Positions 9,249 through 18,591 of a DNA stretch of 64,000 nt are shown one piece after another. The stretch is from Coleofasciculus sp. B1-GNL1-01. Lineage in GTDB: Bacteria; Cyanobacteriota; Cyanobacteriia; Cyanobacteriales; Coleofasciculaceae. Both the position numbers and the translations under genes were made by a program. The notes beneath the pieces were generated by a model. That model did not search any database. It was not told the origin of the DNA and saw only the letters and a list, made by a program, of their open reading frames with translations. The stretch lies in NCBI GenBank assembly GCA_040220235.1, contig JAVJTO010000095.1, one strand, 5' to 3'. The stretch's first letter is position 1; each line of letters starts with the position of its first letter.

Positions 9249-9920
9249 ATGACAGTAGCAATCAGCGAAATCATCATAAATGGAATTTTATTCGACCTAA
9301 AAAACTGGCATCAAGGAATGTCTAATTTAGAGAACTTTGAGCAGATCATCGACAACTTATTCAATACTTTGTCTGAGCGAAACATTAACTATTTGTTAGT
9401 TGGGGGAGTGGCATTATTAAGTTATGTGGAGGGACGAAATACCCAAGATATTGATTTAATTCTCTCCCGTTCTGAGTTAGAAGCATTACCTGAGGTTGCT
9501 ATTGCTGAAGAAAACAAAGATTTTATTAGAGGAAGGTTTCAGCAGTTAATTGTTGATATTTTATTAACGCATAATCAACTGTTTTCTCAAATTAGTCAGC
9601 AATTTGCCACAGTTAGACAGTTTGGCGATCGCTGGATTCGTTGTGTCGATGTGGAAGGGTTAGTTATTCTCAAATTTTATGCGTTGCCTTCTCTTTATCG
9701 ACAAGGTAAGTTCGACCGAGTGAGTATTTATGAAAATGATATTCTCTTACTTTTGCTCAATTACGATGTAGATTTAGAACAGGTATTCCAAGTTTTGTCT
9801 AACCATTTACTTCCTAGCGATCTAGAAGAAGTCAAAGGTATTTGTGCTGATTTAGAAGCTCGGCTTAAACGGTTTCAGATTCAGCAGCAAAGGTTAGAAT
9901 CGGAATCGGAGAACGATTGA
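9249..9920 (+). CDS. Pol-beta-superfamily nucleotidyltransferase (AbiEii/MenT/DUF6036-like)
   Basis: YLLVGGVALL...RNTQDIDLIL catalytic motif; LVILKFYA; visibly AT-richer than its neighbours. Confidence 0.75.
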   Translation: MTVAISEIIINGILFDLKNWHQGMSNLENFEQIIDNLFNTLSERNINYLLVGGVALLSYVEGRNTQDIDLILSRSELEALPEVAIAEENKDFIRGRFQQLIVDILLTHNQLFSQISQQFATVRQFGDRWIRCVDVEGLVILKFYALPSLYRQGKFDRVSIYENDILLLLLNYDVDLEQVFQVLSNHLLPSDLEEVKGICADLEARLKRFQIQQQRLESESEND

Positions 9921-10446
9921 GACGCAAGGCGGAGTCTGAGCAAGGTTCTGGAAACCGTGCTGTTGACGCCAATAGAACAGCTAATGGTTAGGATTAATTC
10001 AATTTCGCCACCAAAGAATATTTCTTAGTTGTAAACTCTATCATATTTTTTTTGAGCAACATTTAAAACATACCCAAAATACACATATTGTCTGAATTAT
10101 CAAGGCATCATTCAATCCCGCTCCCCTACACCCTACTCCCACATCCTACTTGGCGACGTCCCAGGCAAAGTCATCAGAGCAACGATTAGACCAGACTATT
10201 GACAAATCCACGGCTGAAACGAGCATGGGCTTTCAACCATCGTGATCCGTGTACCATATTGTATAAGGATCAACTTGGCTACTCCCCAACTCCTGACGAC
10301 TCTCCTGTGCTGTCTGAGTTTGAACTGACCCTAAGACCTAAAATAGGGATCGCAGAGGACAGGGGACAACAGTCGAGTCTGATTGATTCTGATTTGGTCT
10401 GTCACTTATCACAAACTGATAATGTTGCTCTACATCTGGGCGTTGA

Positions 10447-12078
10447 ATGTCTGATATCGAAACTCCTTGCCTCAGTTTAGCGATCGCACGTCTGTCTACG
10501 GCTGGGGCAGATAACTTTGCCGTGTGGGTCATTGAAGCTCCTTATCCTGGGGGTTATGTTCATCATGACTCGATTTGGTCTCCCACTTTGACTCAGACTT
10601 GGTTGGCTTGGCAACAAATGTTTTCTACGGGTAATTTGCCCCCCTTATTACCCCTACCTAATCCCTTGACGCCTACGCCTACACCAACCCCAACCCTATC
10701 CCCCCAAAGCGAAAACGCTACACCGCAGACGACTAGCTACGGGGGACGGCTGATGCAGCAGTTGGGCATAGACTTGTGGAATTGGCTGTTTGCGGGTTCC
10801 ATTCAAACAACGTTGGCAGAAAGTCGGGGCATTGCCCGGGGACAAAATAAATCTCTGCGCGTGCGCTTGGAAATTCGACATCCTGACTTGATTCCCCTCC
10901 CCTGGGAAATTATGCAAGAAATGGCAGGCAAACCCGCGATTTCTCTGTCTACTCAACTACTGTTTAGCCGCACGACGAGTAATGTTGACTCTCTCAAACC
11001 GCTGATCCGCCATGATCAAGCCCTGAATATCCTGCTCGTATTTGGACAAGATGTCCACCGTTCCGGGGGTGATCAGTCAGCGGCTCGCTTACAGCTTGAA
11101 CAAGAGGCAACGGTTCTAGAAAATGCCTTCCAATCGTGTCAAAAGTTCAACCCCACAGCCGTTCCCTGTTTTGTGGAAAAGCTGCTACAGCCAACACCCG
11201 CTGACTTAATTGCCGCTTTAGACACAGGAGGTTACAATATCCTTTTCTATGCGGGTCATGGTGAACCTGCTCCAGATGGGGGTTTATTATTTCTCAGTCC
11301 GGATGCACCAATTAACGGTACGGAACTCGCTCAAGTCTTAGTTCGGAATCAGGTAACCTTGGCGGTATTCAATACCTGTTGGGGCGCTCAACCGGATCAG
11401 GTGGAAGGTCAAACCATTCCCCGGAGTAGTTTAGCGGAAGTGTTAATTCAACATGGTGTCCCCGCTGTTTTGGGTATGCGTGACTCGATCGCGGATCACG
11501 AAGCCTTGAGTTTTATCCAAAGTCTTGCCCAAGCCCTAGCTGCCCGGATGCCGATTGACCAAGCTGTCGCTGTTGCCAGACAACAATTGCTCACGCTTTA
11601 TAAGTTCAACCAACCAGCTTGGACGTTACCTGTGCTGTATATGCATCCGGAGTTTCAAGGACAGTTAATTGCTTTCTTAGAAGAAGGGATTACTGAGCTT
11701 CCGCCTATGCCGAGCAACTGGAATGGCGAACAAACGCCCACCGCTTGCTTACGCTCCTTAAACTCGATGGGTAAAGTTTGGCGAATTCGCGGCGCACTGA
11801 TGCGGGTGGGACGCGGGCAGGAGAATGATTTGGTTTTGGATGAGGAAATGTGGGTGAGCTATAAACATGCAGAAATTATCTGTCGCGATACCTTCACTCA
11901 TCCCGGACAAATCCCGACTTACTTCCTGCGTGATTTTTCTCGCAACGGCACTCATATTTTACGAGCAGATGGGTGGCATAAAATCCACCATCAGGAAGTG
12001 CCATTGGAGTCGGGTAGTCAGTTAAAATTTGGCAGTACTCAGAGTCAAACCCTGGAGTTTATTATTGAAAACCTTTAA
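10447..12078 (+). CDS. CHAT (caspase/HetF-like) protease with C-terminal FHA domain
   Basis: LPWEIM; catalytic FYAGHG and VFNTCWG; VLGMRD; FHA motifs VGRG..ND, VSYKHA and DFSRNGT. Confidence 0.9.
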   Translation: MSDIETPCLSLAIARLSTAGADNFAVWVIEAPYPGGYVHHDSIWSPTLTQTWLAWQQMFSTGNLPPLLPLPNPLTPTPTPTPTLSPQSENATPQTTSYGGRLMQQLGIDLWNWLFAGSIQTTLAESRGIARGQNKSLRVRLEIRHPDLIPLPWEIMQEMAGKPAISLSTQLLFSRTTSNVDSLKPLIRHDQALNILLVFGQDVHRSGGDQSAARLQLEQEATVLENAFQSCQKFNPTAVPCFVEKLLQPTPADLIAALDTGGYNILFYAGHGEPAPDGGLLFLSPDAPINGTELAQVLVRNQVTLAVFNTCWGAQPDQVEGQTIPRSSLAEVLIQHGVPAVLGMRDSIADHEALSFIQSLAQALAARMPIDQAVAVARQQLLTLYKFNQPAWTLPVLYMHPEFQGQLIAFLEEGITELPPMPSNWNGEQTPTACLRSLNSMGKVWRIRGALMRVGRGQENDLVLDEEMWVSYKHAEIICRDTFTHPGQIPTYFLRDFSRNGTHILRADGWHKIHHQEVPLESGSQLKFGSTQSQTLEFIIENL

Positions 12079-12271
12079 GCCAAAAATTTAACAAATCTTA
12101 GACTCAGAGAGAATTGAGTCGCGAGGAACATAGCTCAATTCAATGGTTCTAGAGTTCTGCCAATTATTGGCACTAACCTTTATTTTCGGAATGATTACGG
12201 AACCTTCGAGAGTGCTGATGTAGCTATTCCTATCAATTTTCATCACCACCAACGATCACATAAGGGGTATT

Positions 12272-12880
12272 ATGACCAGTCAACATAAACCATACCAAAA
12301 TTATCAGGATGCTTTGAGTCAAGCCCAAGGAGAACTCCTGGAGGCACTCTGGCAAACTGAAGACGATTGTTATCCCTGGAATCCCGCTGAACCTGAAGCC
12401 CAAGACTATTTGGCAGATCTGGAAGCGGGATTTTCTCTAGATGCTTGTCAAACCGAGGCAGAAATTACATCGGGATCACAAACCCTATTCAATCGCTTGC
12501 ACCAGTGCTGGACATCGCTAACGCCCTCAGATTCTTCCGGTTCCGCCTCGCTAAAGCGGTCATTGGCTGAACGATTTTCTGGGGTGCCGTCGTCTTGGTT
12601 GGACGCGATCGCCAATCAAGCTCAACAAGCGTTATCCATGAATATATCACTTGCCGATCAGCTTGTTTTATGCGTTAGACCCTTATTACCCAACTGGACG
12701 GAAGATGATTTATTCGTTTTTGCACGTCCGTGGGCTTACGCCATGCGAGGTAATCAAGACTTTGGCACTATTGGCTCAGTCGAATGGTCTGAATTATCAC
12801 CCATTGAGCAGGTGCGCTTAAGTTTGGCTATTGCCCATTATACTCTCACCCAACTTGAGGAAGCTTCTGAGGACAACTAA
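12272..12880 (+). CDS. Conserved hypothetical protein, possibly PatU3-like
   Basis: 202 aa; YPWNPA..., LADQLVLCV..LLPNW and ARPWAYAMRG motifs. PatU3 similarity is from recall and was not searched. Confidence 0.7.
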   Translation: MTSQHKPYQNYQDALSQAQGELLEALWQTEDDCYPWNPAEPEAQDYLADLEAGFSLDACQTEAEITSGSQTLFNRLHQCWTSLTPSDSSGSASLKRSLAERFSGVPSSWLDAIANQAQQALSMNISLADQLVLCVRPLLPNWTEDDLFVFARPWAYAMRGNQDFGTIGSVEWSELSPIEQVRLSLAIAHYTLTQLEEASEDN

Positions 12881-12994
12881 TTGCCGAATTAATTCGTTTT
12901 ATGGTATTGGGGCGGGTAAGAGTTACTTAGGTAAGCTCATCAGATGATAACTTATCAACAAAACCCGCCCAAGAGTCCAATTACTGGGGGGAAG

Positions 12995-13043
12995 CTGTTC
13001 CCTGTTCCCTACCCTCACCACAAGACTTATTCAGCAAGCCCTA
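12995..13043 (-). mobile_element. IS5-like terminal repeat with STRR (solo MITE end), overlapping the cdsA stop codon
   Basis: Reverse complement TAGGGCTTGCTGAATAAGTCTTGTGGTGAGGGTAGGGAACAGGGAACAG; matches the IS end at 40150. Confidence 0.65.
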
Positions 13044-13946
13044 ACTAAAAGGTGGTAAAAGAGGCAGCAAAAGTGTAATGAAATAGTAAACTAATGGAGC
13101 AGTAAAAACGTAGCTGTCTGTGCGGTCTAAAATACCGCCATGACCTGGAATTAATTGTCCTGAATCCTTGACCCCAGCATCTCGTTTCATCATTGATTCG
13201 GTTAAATCTCCCAAAAGGCTAGCCACTCCAATTAACGTACCGAAAACAAATCCACTGAGTTGCCAGTTTGACCATTGCAGATACCAAGCCCCAAGCATAG
13301 CAACTGCCCCACTGCCACAAATTCCAAAAATTGCCCCTTCTACTGTCTTTTTAGGACTAATATTCGATAAGGGAGTGCGACCAAAAAACTTGCCAAAACT
13401 ATACGCACCAATATCGGCTGCCCAAATACAGGCAAACGCGAGTAGAGTTACGGTTAAGCCTTGGGACAGAATCGTTAGATTAGTCCAAGGGTGAAGCCAA
13501 GAGTCATTGAACGAGAAACTATTGAGGCTCGCTGTAGCATTCAAGGGTAATGAAACCCCTCCATCTAAACCAACGCGCAATCGTATCCAGTAGCTAGGCA
13601 GATAACCGCCATAGAGTAATCCCAAAATCGAAGCGGCAATATCCGCAATCGTTGCCATCTTGGGTTGAAAGAGCAGGTAAAAACAAATCAGGGTTCCAGC
13701 AATGGGAAAGGCGGCATCCGTCAGATTAGAGTTAAGGGCGGCTGTCACCAATAAAAGTTGACTCACAACTAACGTGGTTTTAGCCGCAGGCGCAATTCCT
13801 TTTGCCTGAACCAGTTGAAAATATTCCAGTTGACCCAAATAGACGATGACACAGAGACCGAGGGTAAAATACCATCCTCCAGCCACAATCATCCCCATCG
13901 CTAGGGTAATCGCTACAATTCCACTAAAAATCCGAGACCAGGGCAT
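13041..13946 (-). CDS. cdsA: Phosphatidate cytidylyltransferase
   Basis: ISPKKTVEG, GDLTESMMKRDAGVKDSG.LIPGHGGILDR.DS; multiple TM segments. Confidence 0.96.
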   Translation of the reverse strand: MPWSRIFSGIVAITLAMGMIVAGGWYFTLGLCVIVYLGQLEYFQLVQAKGIAPAAKTTLVVSQLLLVTAALNSNLTDAAFPIAGTLICFYLLFQPKMATIADIAASILGLLYGGYLPSYWIRLRVGLDGGVSLPLNATASLNSFSFNDSWLHPWTNLTILSQGLTVTLLAFACIWAADIGAYSFGKFFGRTPLSNISPKKTVEGAIFGICGSGAVAMLGAWYLQWSNWQLSGFVFGTLIGVASLLGDLTESMMKRDAGVKDSGQLIPGHGGILDRTDSYVFTAPLVYYFITLLLPLLPPFS

Positions 13947-14122
13947 AGAACTTTATTTGACACAAGACAGTCGAAATTAACTGTCTGAATAAAACTATTA
14001 CATTAAGATTAACAATCGGGCAGCATTCGCCGTTAGTCAATTTGAGGATGGGTAGCAGGGGTTTGGTTACCAAACCCGTACTAACTGGTGGGGAATCACC
14101 GCCTACAAGGACGGTGAGGATG

Positions 14123-14728
14123 TCAAGAATCCAGCTTCTCCCCACTGAGGATAAACATAGGATTCACAGCGGCAAAGATTTGATGAGTCCCTCGGGTTTC
14201 CAAGCGATTGATTGAGGATTGCACAACCTCGATATTACGGGCTTGTAACTCAGCCAATCCTTCGGAGAGGGTATAAAGACTCTCTAAATTACTAGCTGTG
14301 GCAACAATCCGACCTTGGGGTTCTAAGTAATGCCAGACTGCCTTAAGAATTTCTTTAATCGGGCGTCCTCCCTCAATACAGGCTCTATGGGGTTTTCCCG
14401 GTAGATCTTGGAGACATTCAGGTGCAGATCCTTCGATAACGTCAACATTCTCAACACCGAAGCGGGAGCAGTTGCGTCGAATCAGGTTCGCCACCTCTTC
14501 ATCCCGTTCTACCGCCACAATTTTACCGTGAGGAGAAAGTAATCCGGTTTCTACGGCAATCGTACCTGTCCCTGCACCGATATCCCAGAGCAAGGAATGG
14601 GATTCTAGGCGCAATGCGGAAATAATCAGTAACCTTACTTCTCGCTTACTCAGCGGAATACCAGGCAAGCGCTCGAATAAATCATCGGGAATACCAGGAG
14701 TGGTATAGTTCCACAGGGGAGAAGACAT
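14123..14728 (-). CDS. cbiT: Precorrin-6Y C5,15-methyltransferase subunit CbiT
   Basis: PGIPDDLF...PLSKREVR; WDIGAGTGT SAM-binding motif. Confidence 0.93.
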   Translation of the reverse strand: MSSPLWNYTTPGIPDDLFERLPGIPLSKREVRLLIISALRLESHSLLWDIGAGTGTIAVETGLLSPHGKIVAVERDEEVANLIRRNCSRFGVENVDVIEGSAPECLQDLPGKPHRACIEGGRPIKEILKAVWHYLEPQGRIVATASNLESLYTLSEGLAELQARNIEVVQSSINRLETRGTHQIFAAVNPMFILSGEKLDS

Positions 14729-14753
14729 TCTGTTCGTCCTTGGTCATTAGTCC

Positions 14754-16229
14754 TTACTGTATAACAACGTTGACGCTGTTTAAGCTAGGGTCACTACACC
14801 CAGTAATATAGCCGCCCAAGTGCTGAACCTGTCGCAGATAATCCACTGTAGTTGACGCGATCGCACATCCTGGTATTAAAACGGGAATCCCCGGAGGATA
14901 GGGACAAATCCATTCAGCACTAATGTGACCAACACTTTGGTCTAGAGTCAACCGTTCTTTCGGGGCAAAAAAGGCATCGCGAGGAGACATGGATGGTTCC
15001 AGGATTAATCCTGATGTCATTCCCGGTTGGTATAAATTTTGCCTAAAGGAAGCATCAGGACGAGAATAGCGCTGTTGTAAGTCGGTAAAGGCTTGGACTA
15101 ATGGCTGAATATCTTCCGCCGTGTTTCCTAAACTCAGAATAAACGTCAGATGTTGGAATGTCGGCAACTCGGCAATTACACCCAACTGCTCACAAAAAAT
15201 TTCATCGGCTGCAAACCCACTCAACCCTAACTCTGTGACTCTCACCGTCAACCGGGTCGGATCTAGGGTAAAACAGCCCGGAGTATTTGTGGCATCTAAC
15301 ACCGATAATCCTGGAATTTGCTGAATCTGTTCCCTCGCCGCCTCAGCCAGTCTTAGAGTGCGGCTAATCAGCGTTTTCCCATACAACATCATTTGTTGTC
15401 GTGCGGCGTCTAGAGAGGCTAAGAGGAGGGCGCTGGGACTGGTAGACTGGACAAGCTGTAAAGCTTGACTCAATCGTTCCGGATCAAGGCGATGACCTTT
15501 AATGTGCAGCATTGAGGCTTGGGTCATCGCCGTCAAAACCTTATGGGTGGACTGTATGGTTAAATCAGCCCCAGCTGACATTGCACTTGGCGGCAAATCC
15601 GGGTGAAAGGTCAGGTGCGCCCCGTGTGCCTCATCAACCAGCAAAGGAATATTGTAATGATGTACCCGTTGGGCAATCGCCTGAATATCGCCGCACACGC
15701 CATGATAGGTCGGATACAGTAGCATCACCGCCTTAGCATCCGGATGTTGCTTGAGCGCTTGGCTAACGGCGTCTGGGGTAATACTGTGTGCCAAATCACC
15801 AGAGGGATCGGATTCTGGGGTAATAAAAATCGGACTCGCACCAGAAAGAACCAAACCTGCGATCGCGGATTGATGACTATTCCGAGGCAAAATCAGCTTA
15901 TCTCCTGTACCGCAAGTGGCTAAAATTGCCGCGATTACGCCACAGGTTGAGCCATTTACCAGAAACCAGGTTTTATCGGCATCAAACGCCTCCGCTGCTA
16001 ACGCTTGCGCCTCTTGAATCCCTCCTGAAGGGGCAAATAAGCTATCAAAATCTGGTAATTCGGGGAGATCATGCTCAAAGACTGATTTTCCCCATAGGTT
16101 CGCCAGTCTGTCAGATATACCCTTTCCTCGCTTGTGACCTGGGGCGTAGAACGGCGCGTGGGGGCTTCCAGCACAGGCTTGTAAAGCATCAAGTATCGGG
16201 ATAATCCTTTGTCCTTCGTCATTTGTCAT
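14754..16229 (-). CDS. PLP-dependent Orn/Lys/Arg decarboxylase
   Basis: FYAPGHKRG, LVNGSTCG, VDEAHGAH, QSTHK (PLP lysine), STSPS, PYPPGIP. Confidence 0.92.
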   Translation of the reverse strand: MTNDEGQRIIPILDALQACAGSPHAPFYAPGHKRGKGISDRLANLWGKSVFEHDLPELPDFDSLFAPSGGIQEAQALAAEAFDADKTWFLVNGSTCGVIAAILATCGTGDKLILPRNSHQSAIAGLVLSGASPIFITPESDPSGDLAHSITPDAVSQALKQHPDAKAVMLLYPTYHGVCGDIQAIAQRVHHYNIPLLVDEAHGAHLTFHPDLPPSAMSAGADLTIQSTHKVLTAMTQASMLHIKGHRLDPERLSQALQLVQSTSPSALLLASLDAARQQMMLYGKTLISRTLRLAEAAREQIQQIPGLSVLDATNTPGCFTLDPTRLTVRVTELGLSGFAADEIFCEQLGVIAELPTFQHLTFILSLGNTAEDIQPLVQAFTDLQQRYSRPDASFRQNLYQPGMTSGLILEPSMSPRDAFFAPKERLTLDQSVGHISAEWICPYPPGIPVLIPGCAIASTTVDYLRQVQHLGGYITGCSDPSLNSVNVVIQ

Positions 16230-16270
16230 TCGTCATTTGTCATTCGTCATTTGTCATTTGTCATTCGTCA
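16210..16270. repeat. STRR heptamer run (TTYGTCA) overlapping the decarboxylase start
   Basis: tgtccttcgtcatttgtcattcgtca... tandem heptamers. Confidence 0.9.
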
Positions 16271-16324
16271 GTTGTACTATAAAGTATTTGGGTAAAAAAT
16301 TAGTTAGGTACACAAGGAAGTTCT

Positions 16325-16933
16325 ATGTCGCGATATCGAGGTCCGCGCCTGCGGGTTGTCCGTCGTCTAGGCGATCTACCCGGTTTGACTCGCAAATCTC
16401 CCCGTCGTTCATATCCACCCGGTCAACATGGTCAAGCTCGCCGGAAGCGGTCAGAATATGCGATTCGATTGGAAGAAAAACAGAAACTCCGCTACAACTA
16501 CGGAGTCACGGAAAAGCAATTGCTTCGCTATGTTCGCAAAGCACGTCGGGCAACGGGTTCCACGGGTCAAGCCTTGCTAGAACTGCTAGAAATGCGACTG
16601 GATAACACCGTATTTCGGTTAGGCATGGCAGGTACTATTCCGGGTGCGCGTCAACTTGTGAATCATGGTCATGTGATGGTCAATGGTAGGGAAGTAAATA
16701 TCGCTAGCTATCAATGCCGTCCCGGTGATGTGATCATGGTTAAAGATAATGATCGTTCTCGGCGTTTGGTGGAAAAAAATCTGGAATACCCCGGATTGGC
16801 AAATCTACCGAGCCATTTAGAGTTTGACAAGAAAACATTCACGGGTAAGGTCAATGGTGTGATTGAGCGTGAGTGGGTTGCTCTGCAAATTAACGAACTG
16901 CTGGTGGTTGAGTTCTATTCACGGAAAGCGTAG
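16325..16933 (+). CDS. rpsD: 30S ribosomal protein S4
   Basis: [10 protein letters not shown]...[13 protein letters not shown]...ARQLVNHGH...VVEFYSR. Confidence 0.98.
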   Translation: MSRYRGPRLRVVRRLGDLPGLTRKSPRRSYPPGQHGQARRKRSEYAIRLEEKQKLRYNYGVTEKQLLRYVRKARRATGSTGQALLELLEMRLDNTVFRLGMAGTIPGARQLVNHGHVMVNGREVNIASYQCRPGDVIMVKDNDRSRRLVEKNLEYPGLANLPSHLEFDKKTFTGKVNGVIEREWVALQINELLVVEFYSRKA

Positions 16934-16934
16934 A

Positions 16935-17065
16935 TTGGTCATTGGTCATTGGTCATTGGTCATTGGTCATTGGTCATTGGTCATTGGTCATTGGTCATTG
17001 GTCATTGGTCATTGGTCATTGGTCATTGGTCATTGGTCATTGGTCATTGGTCATTGGTCATTGGT
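16935..17065. repeat. Perfect STRR array (TTGGTCA) of about 18 units
   Basis: Uninterrupted heptamer tandem repeat directly after the rpsD stop. Confidence 0.97.
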
Positions 17066-17133
17066 TGATGGTTCATGAGTCCATCGGTAAAACAAGTTTG
17101 TCATATTGGGTACTGGAAAAAACGATTCAATAA

Positions 17134-17160
17134 CCCCAACTTACTTCGTTGGAGTTGGGG
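17134..17160. terminator. Hairpin between the convergent rpsD and moaA genes
   Basis: CCCCAACTT-loop-GAGTTGGGG. Confidence 0.45.
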
Positions 17161-17218
17161 ATTGCTGGACAAACAGCAAATGACAAAGAACGAATGACAA
17201 ATGACAAATGACAAATGA

Positions 17219-18205
17219 CTATCCACCAATTTGGGACATGGTGCGAGTGTAGTAACCATCAGTACCAGAGTCTCGCTGCTTAAAGTTGATATCTGGTTTA
17301 ATCGCGAGTAACTGCTGCACTCGCGCTCTCAATTGGGCGAGATCAACGCCGCTGCGGAGAGCGCTTTTTAAGTCAATCTGACCCGTTTCATTGAGTAAAC
17401 AGGGACGCAACCAGCCATCGGCAGATAGGCGCATCCGGTTACAGCGATCGCAAAAACATTCGGACATTTGACTGATAAAGCCGAGAGTCCCTAAAGCATC
17501 GGGAATCTGGAAGACGTCAGCCGGTCCATTCCCGCGCACATTCGACTCAACTAAGCCCCAGCGATCGCGGATTTGCTGGCGGAGTTCCTCAGAAGGAATC
17601 CAGGCGCGATCGCTAAATAATTCAGGATTGCCAATGGGCATAAACTCAATAAAACGAATGTGCCAATGGCGATCCAGGGTAAGGGCAGCTAAATCCAGCA
17701 CTTCTGCATCATTCACCCCAGGAATCACGACGATATTCAATTTCAGGGGATCAAACCCTACCCGATGTGCGGCTTGAATTCCGTTCCAGGTTTGTTGCCA
17801 GCGCGATCGTCCGCGATTCCCGATAATTTTGTCAAAGGTGTCAGGATTGAGGGAATCTAAGCTAATATTAATCCGCCGCAATCCCGCATCATACAAGTCT
17901 TGTGCCATGCCTGCGAGTAAAAAGGCATTCGTCGTCATGGCTAAATCTTCGGTTTGATCCAGGGCGGCAATTTCTCTCACCAAGTCCACTACCCCTGGAC
18001 GCAGTAGCGGTTCTCCACCTGTCAGGCGAAACTTTTTAAACCCGACTGGGATAAAAACTTCTTTCAATAGCGTCAGCAGTTCCTCATGGGTGAGGAGTTC
18101 CTGTTGCAGGATATAGTCAAGTTCTGACCCTTCCGGCATACAGTAGTGACAGCGGAAGTTGCAACGGTCAATTAGGCTAATCCGGAGATAATCGACTGTG
18201 TTCAT
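17219..18205 (-). CDS. moaA: GTP 3',8-cyclase (molybdenum cofactor biosynthesis)
   Basis: [19 protein letters not shown] radical-SAM motif; [10 protein letters not shown]...PCL; MSQIGG C-terminus. Confidence 0.97.
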   Translation of the reverse strand: MNTVDYLRISLIDRCNFRCHYCMPEGSELDYILQQELLTHEELLTLLKEVFIPVGFKKFRLTGGEPLLRPGVVDLVREIAALDQTEDLAMTTNAFLLAGMAQDLYDAGLRRINISLDSLNPDTFDKIIGNRGRSRWQQTWNGIQAAHRVGFDPLKLNIVVIPGVNDAEVLDLAALTLDRHWHIRFIEFMPIGNPELFSDRAWIPSEELRQQIRDRWGLVESNVRGNGPADVFQIPDALGTLGFISQMSECFCDRCNRMRLSADGWLRPCLLNETGQIDLKSALRSGVDLAQLRARVQQLLAIKPDINFKQRDSGTDGYYTRTMSQIGG

Positions 18206-18380
18206 ATTAATTCGCGGCTATCCCCCATCTCTAGGCGGCTACTGTTTCATAATAAGAATCTTTAACTCATCGGAGAGTAAGGATTATGTATTCAATGCAT
18301 AGATATATAGCTGTTGCTACAACGGTTAGGATGAATGTCACGCTCATTAAGGCTGGTGGGCAATGCCCACCCTACTGAAT

Positions 18381-18497
18381 TAAGTAAATAGTCCCCAAAC
18401 CCTTACAAAGGACGTAGCTTGCTTCTCAAGGGTAGCGAGTATGACGAATGACGAATGACGATCACCACCGTTAACTTTAACTGTCCCTACCTACTTA
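18381..18497 (-). mobile_element. STRR-carrying MITE copy (TAAGTAGG end family)
   Basis: Ends ...TGTCCCTACCTACTTA, has internal ATGACGA repeats and a GCTTC..GAAGC insert. Related pieces lie at 22741-22874, 36068-36134, 37499-37590 and 51380-51459. Confidence 0.65.
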
Positions 18498-18591
18498 TGA
18501 GAGCAAAACCTAAATTGGCACAATCCTGGCACACATGTCCCGTCAGTGTATGTAACTATTAACAATGTGAACGTTGAGGCGCATCACTTTT

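Noticed and set aside
10199..10480. 93-aa ORF or structured leader upstream of the CHAT-FHA gene
   Set aside because: TTG start with no motif; the possible stems (CCTGT/ACAGG, CCTA/TAGG) are too short to support an RNA call.
16863..17133. ORFs made of VIGHWSL repeats (also the 16237-16605 ORF starting MSFVICH)
   Set aside because: Translations of STRR heptamers, partly overlapping rpsD.
18206..18300. Moco riboswitch upstream of moaA (and cobalamin riboswitches near cbiT and cobB)
   Set aside because: No recognisable conserved aptamer motifs.
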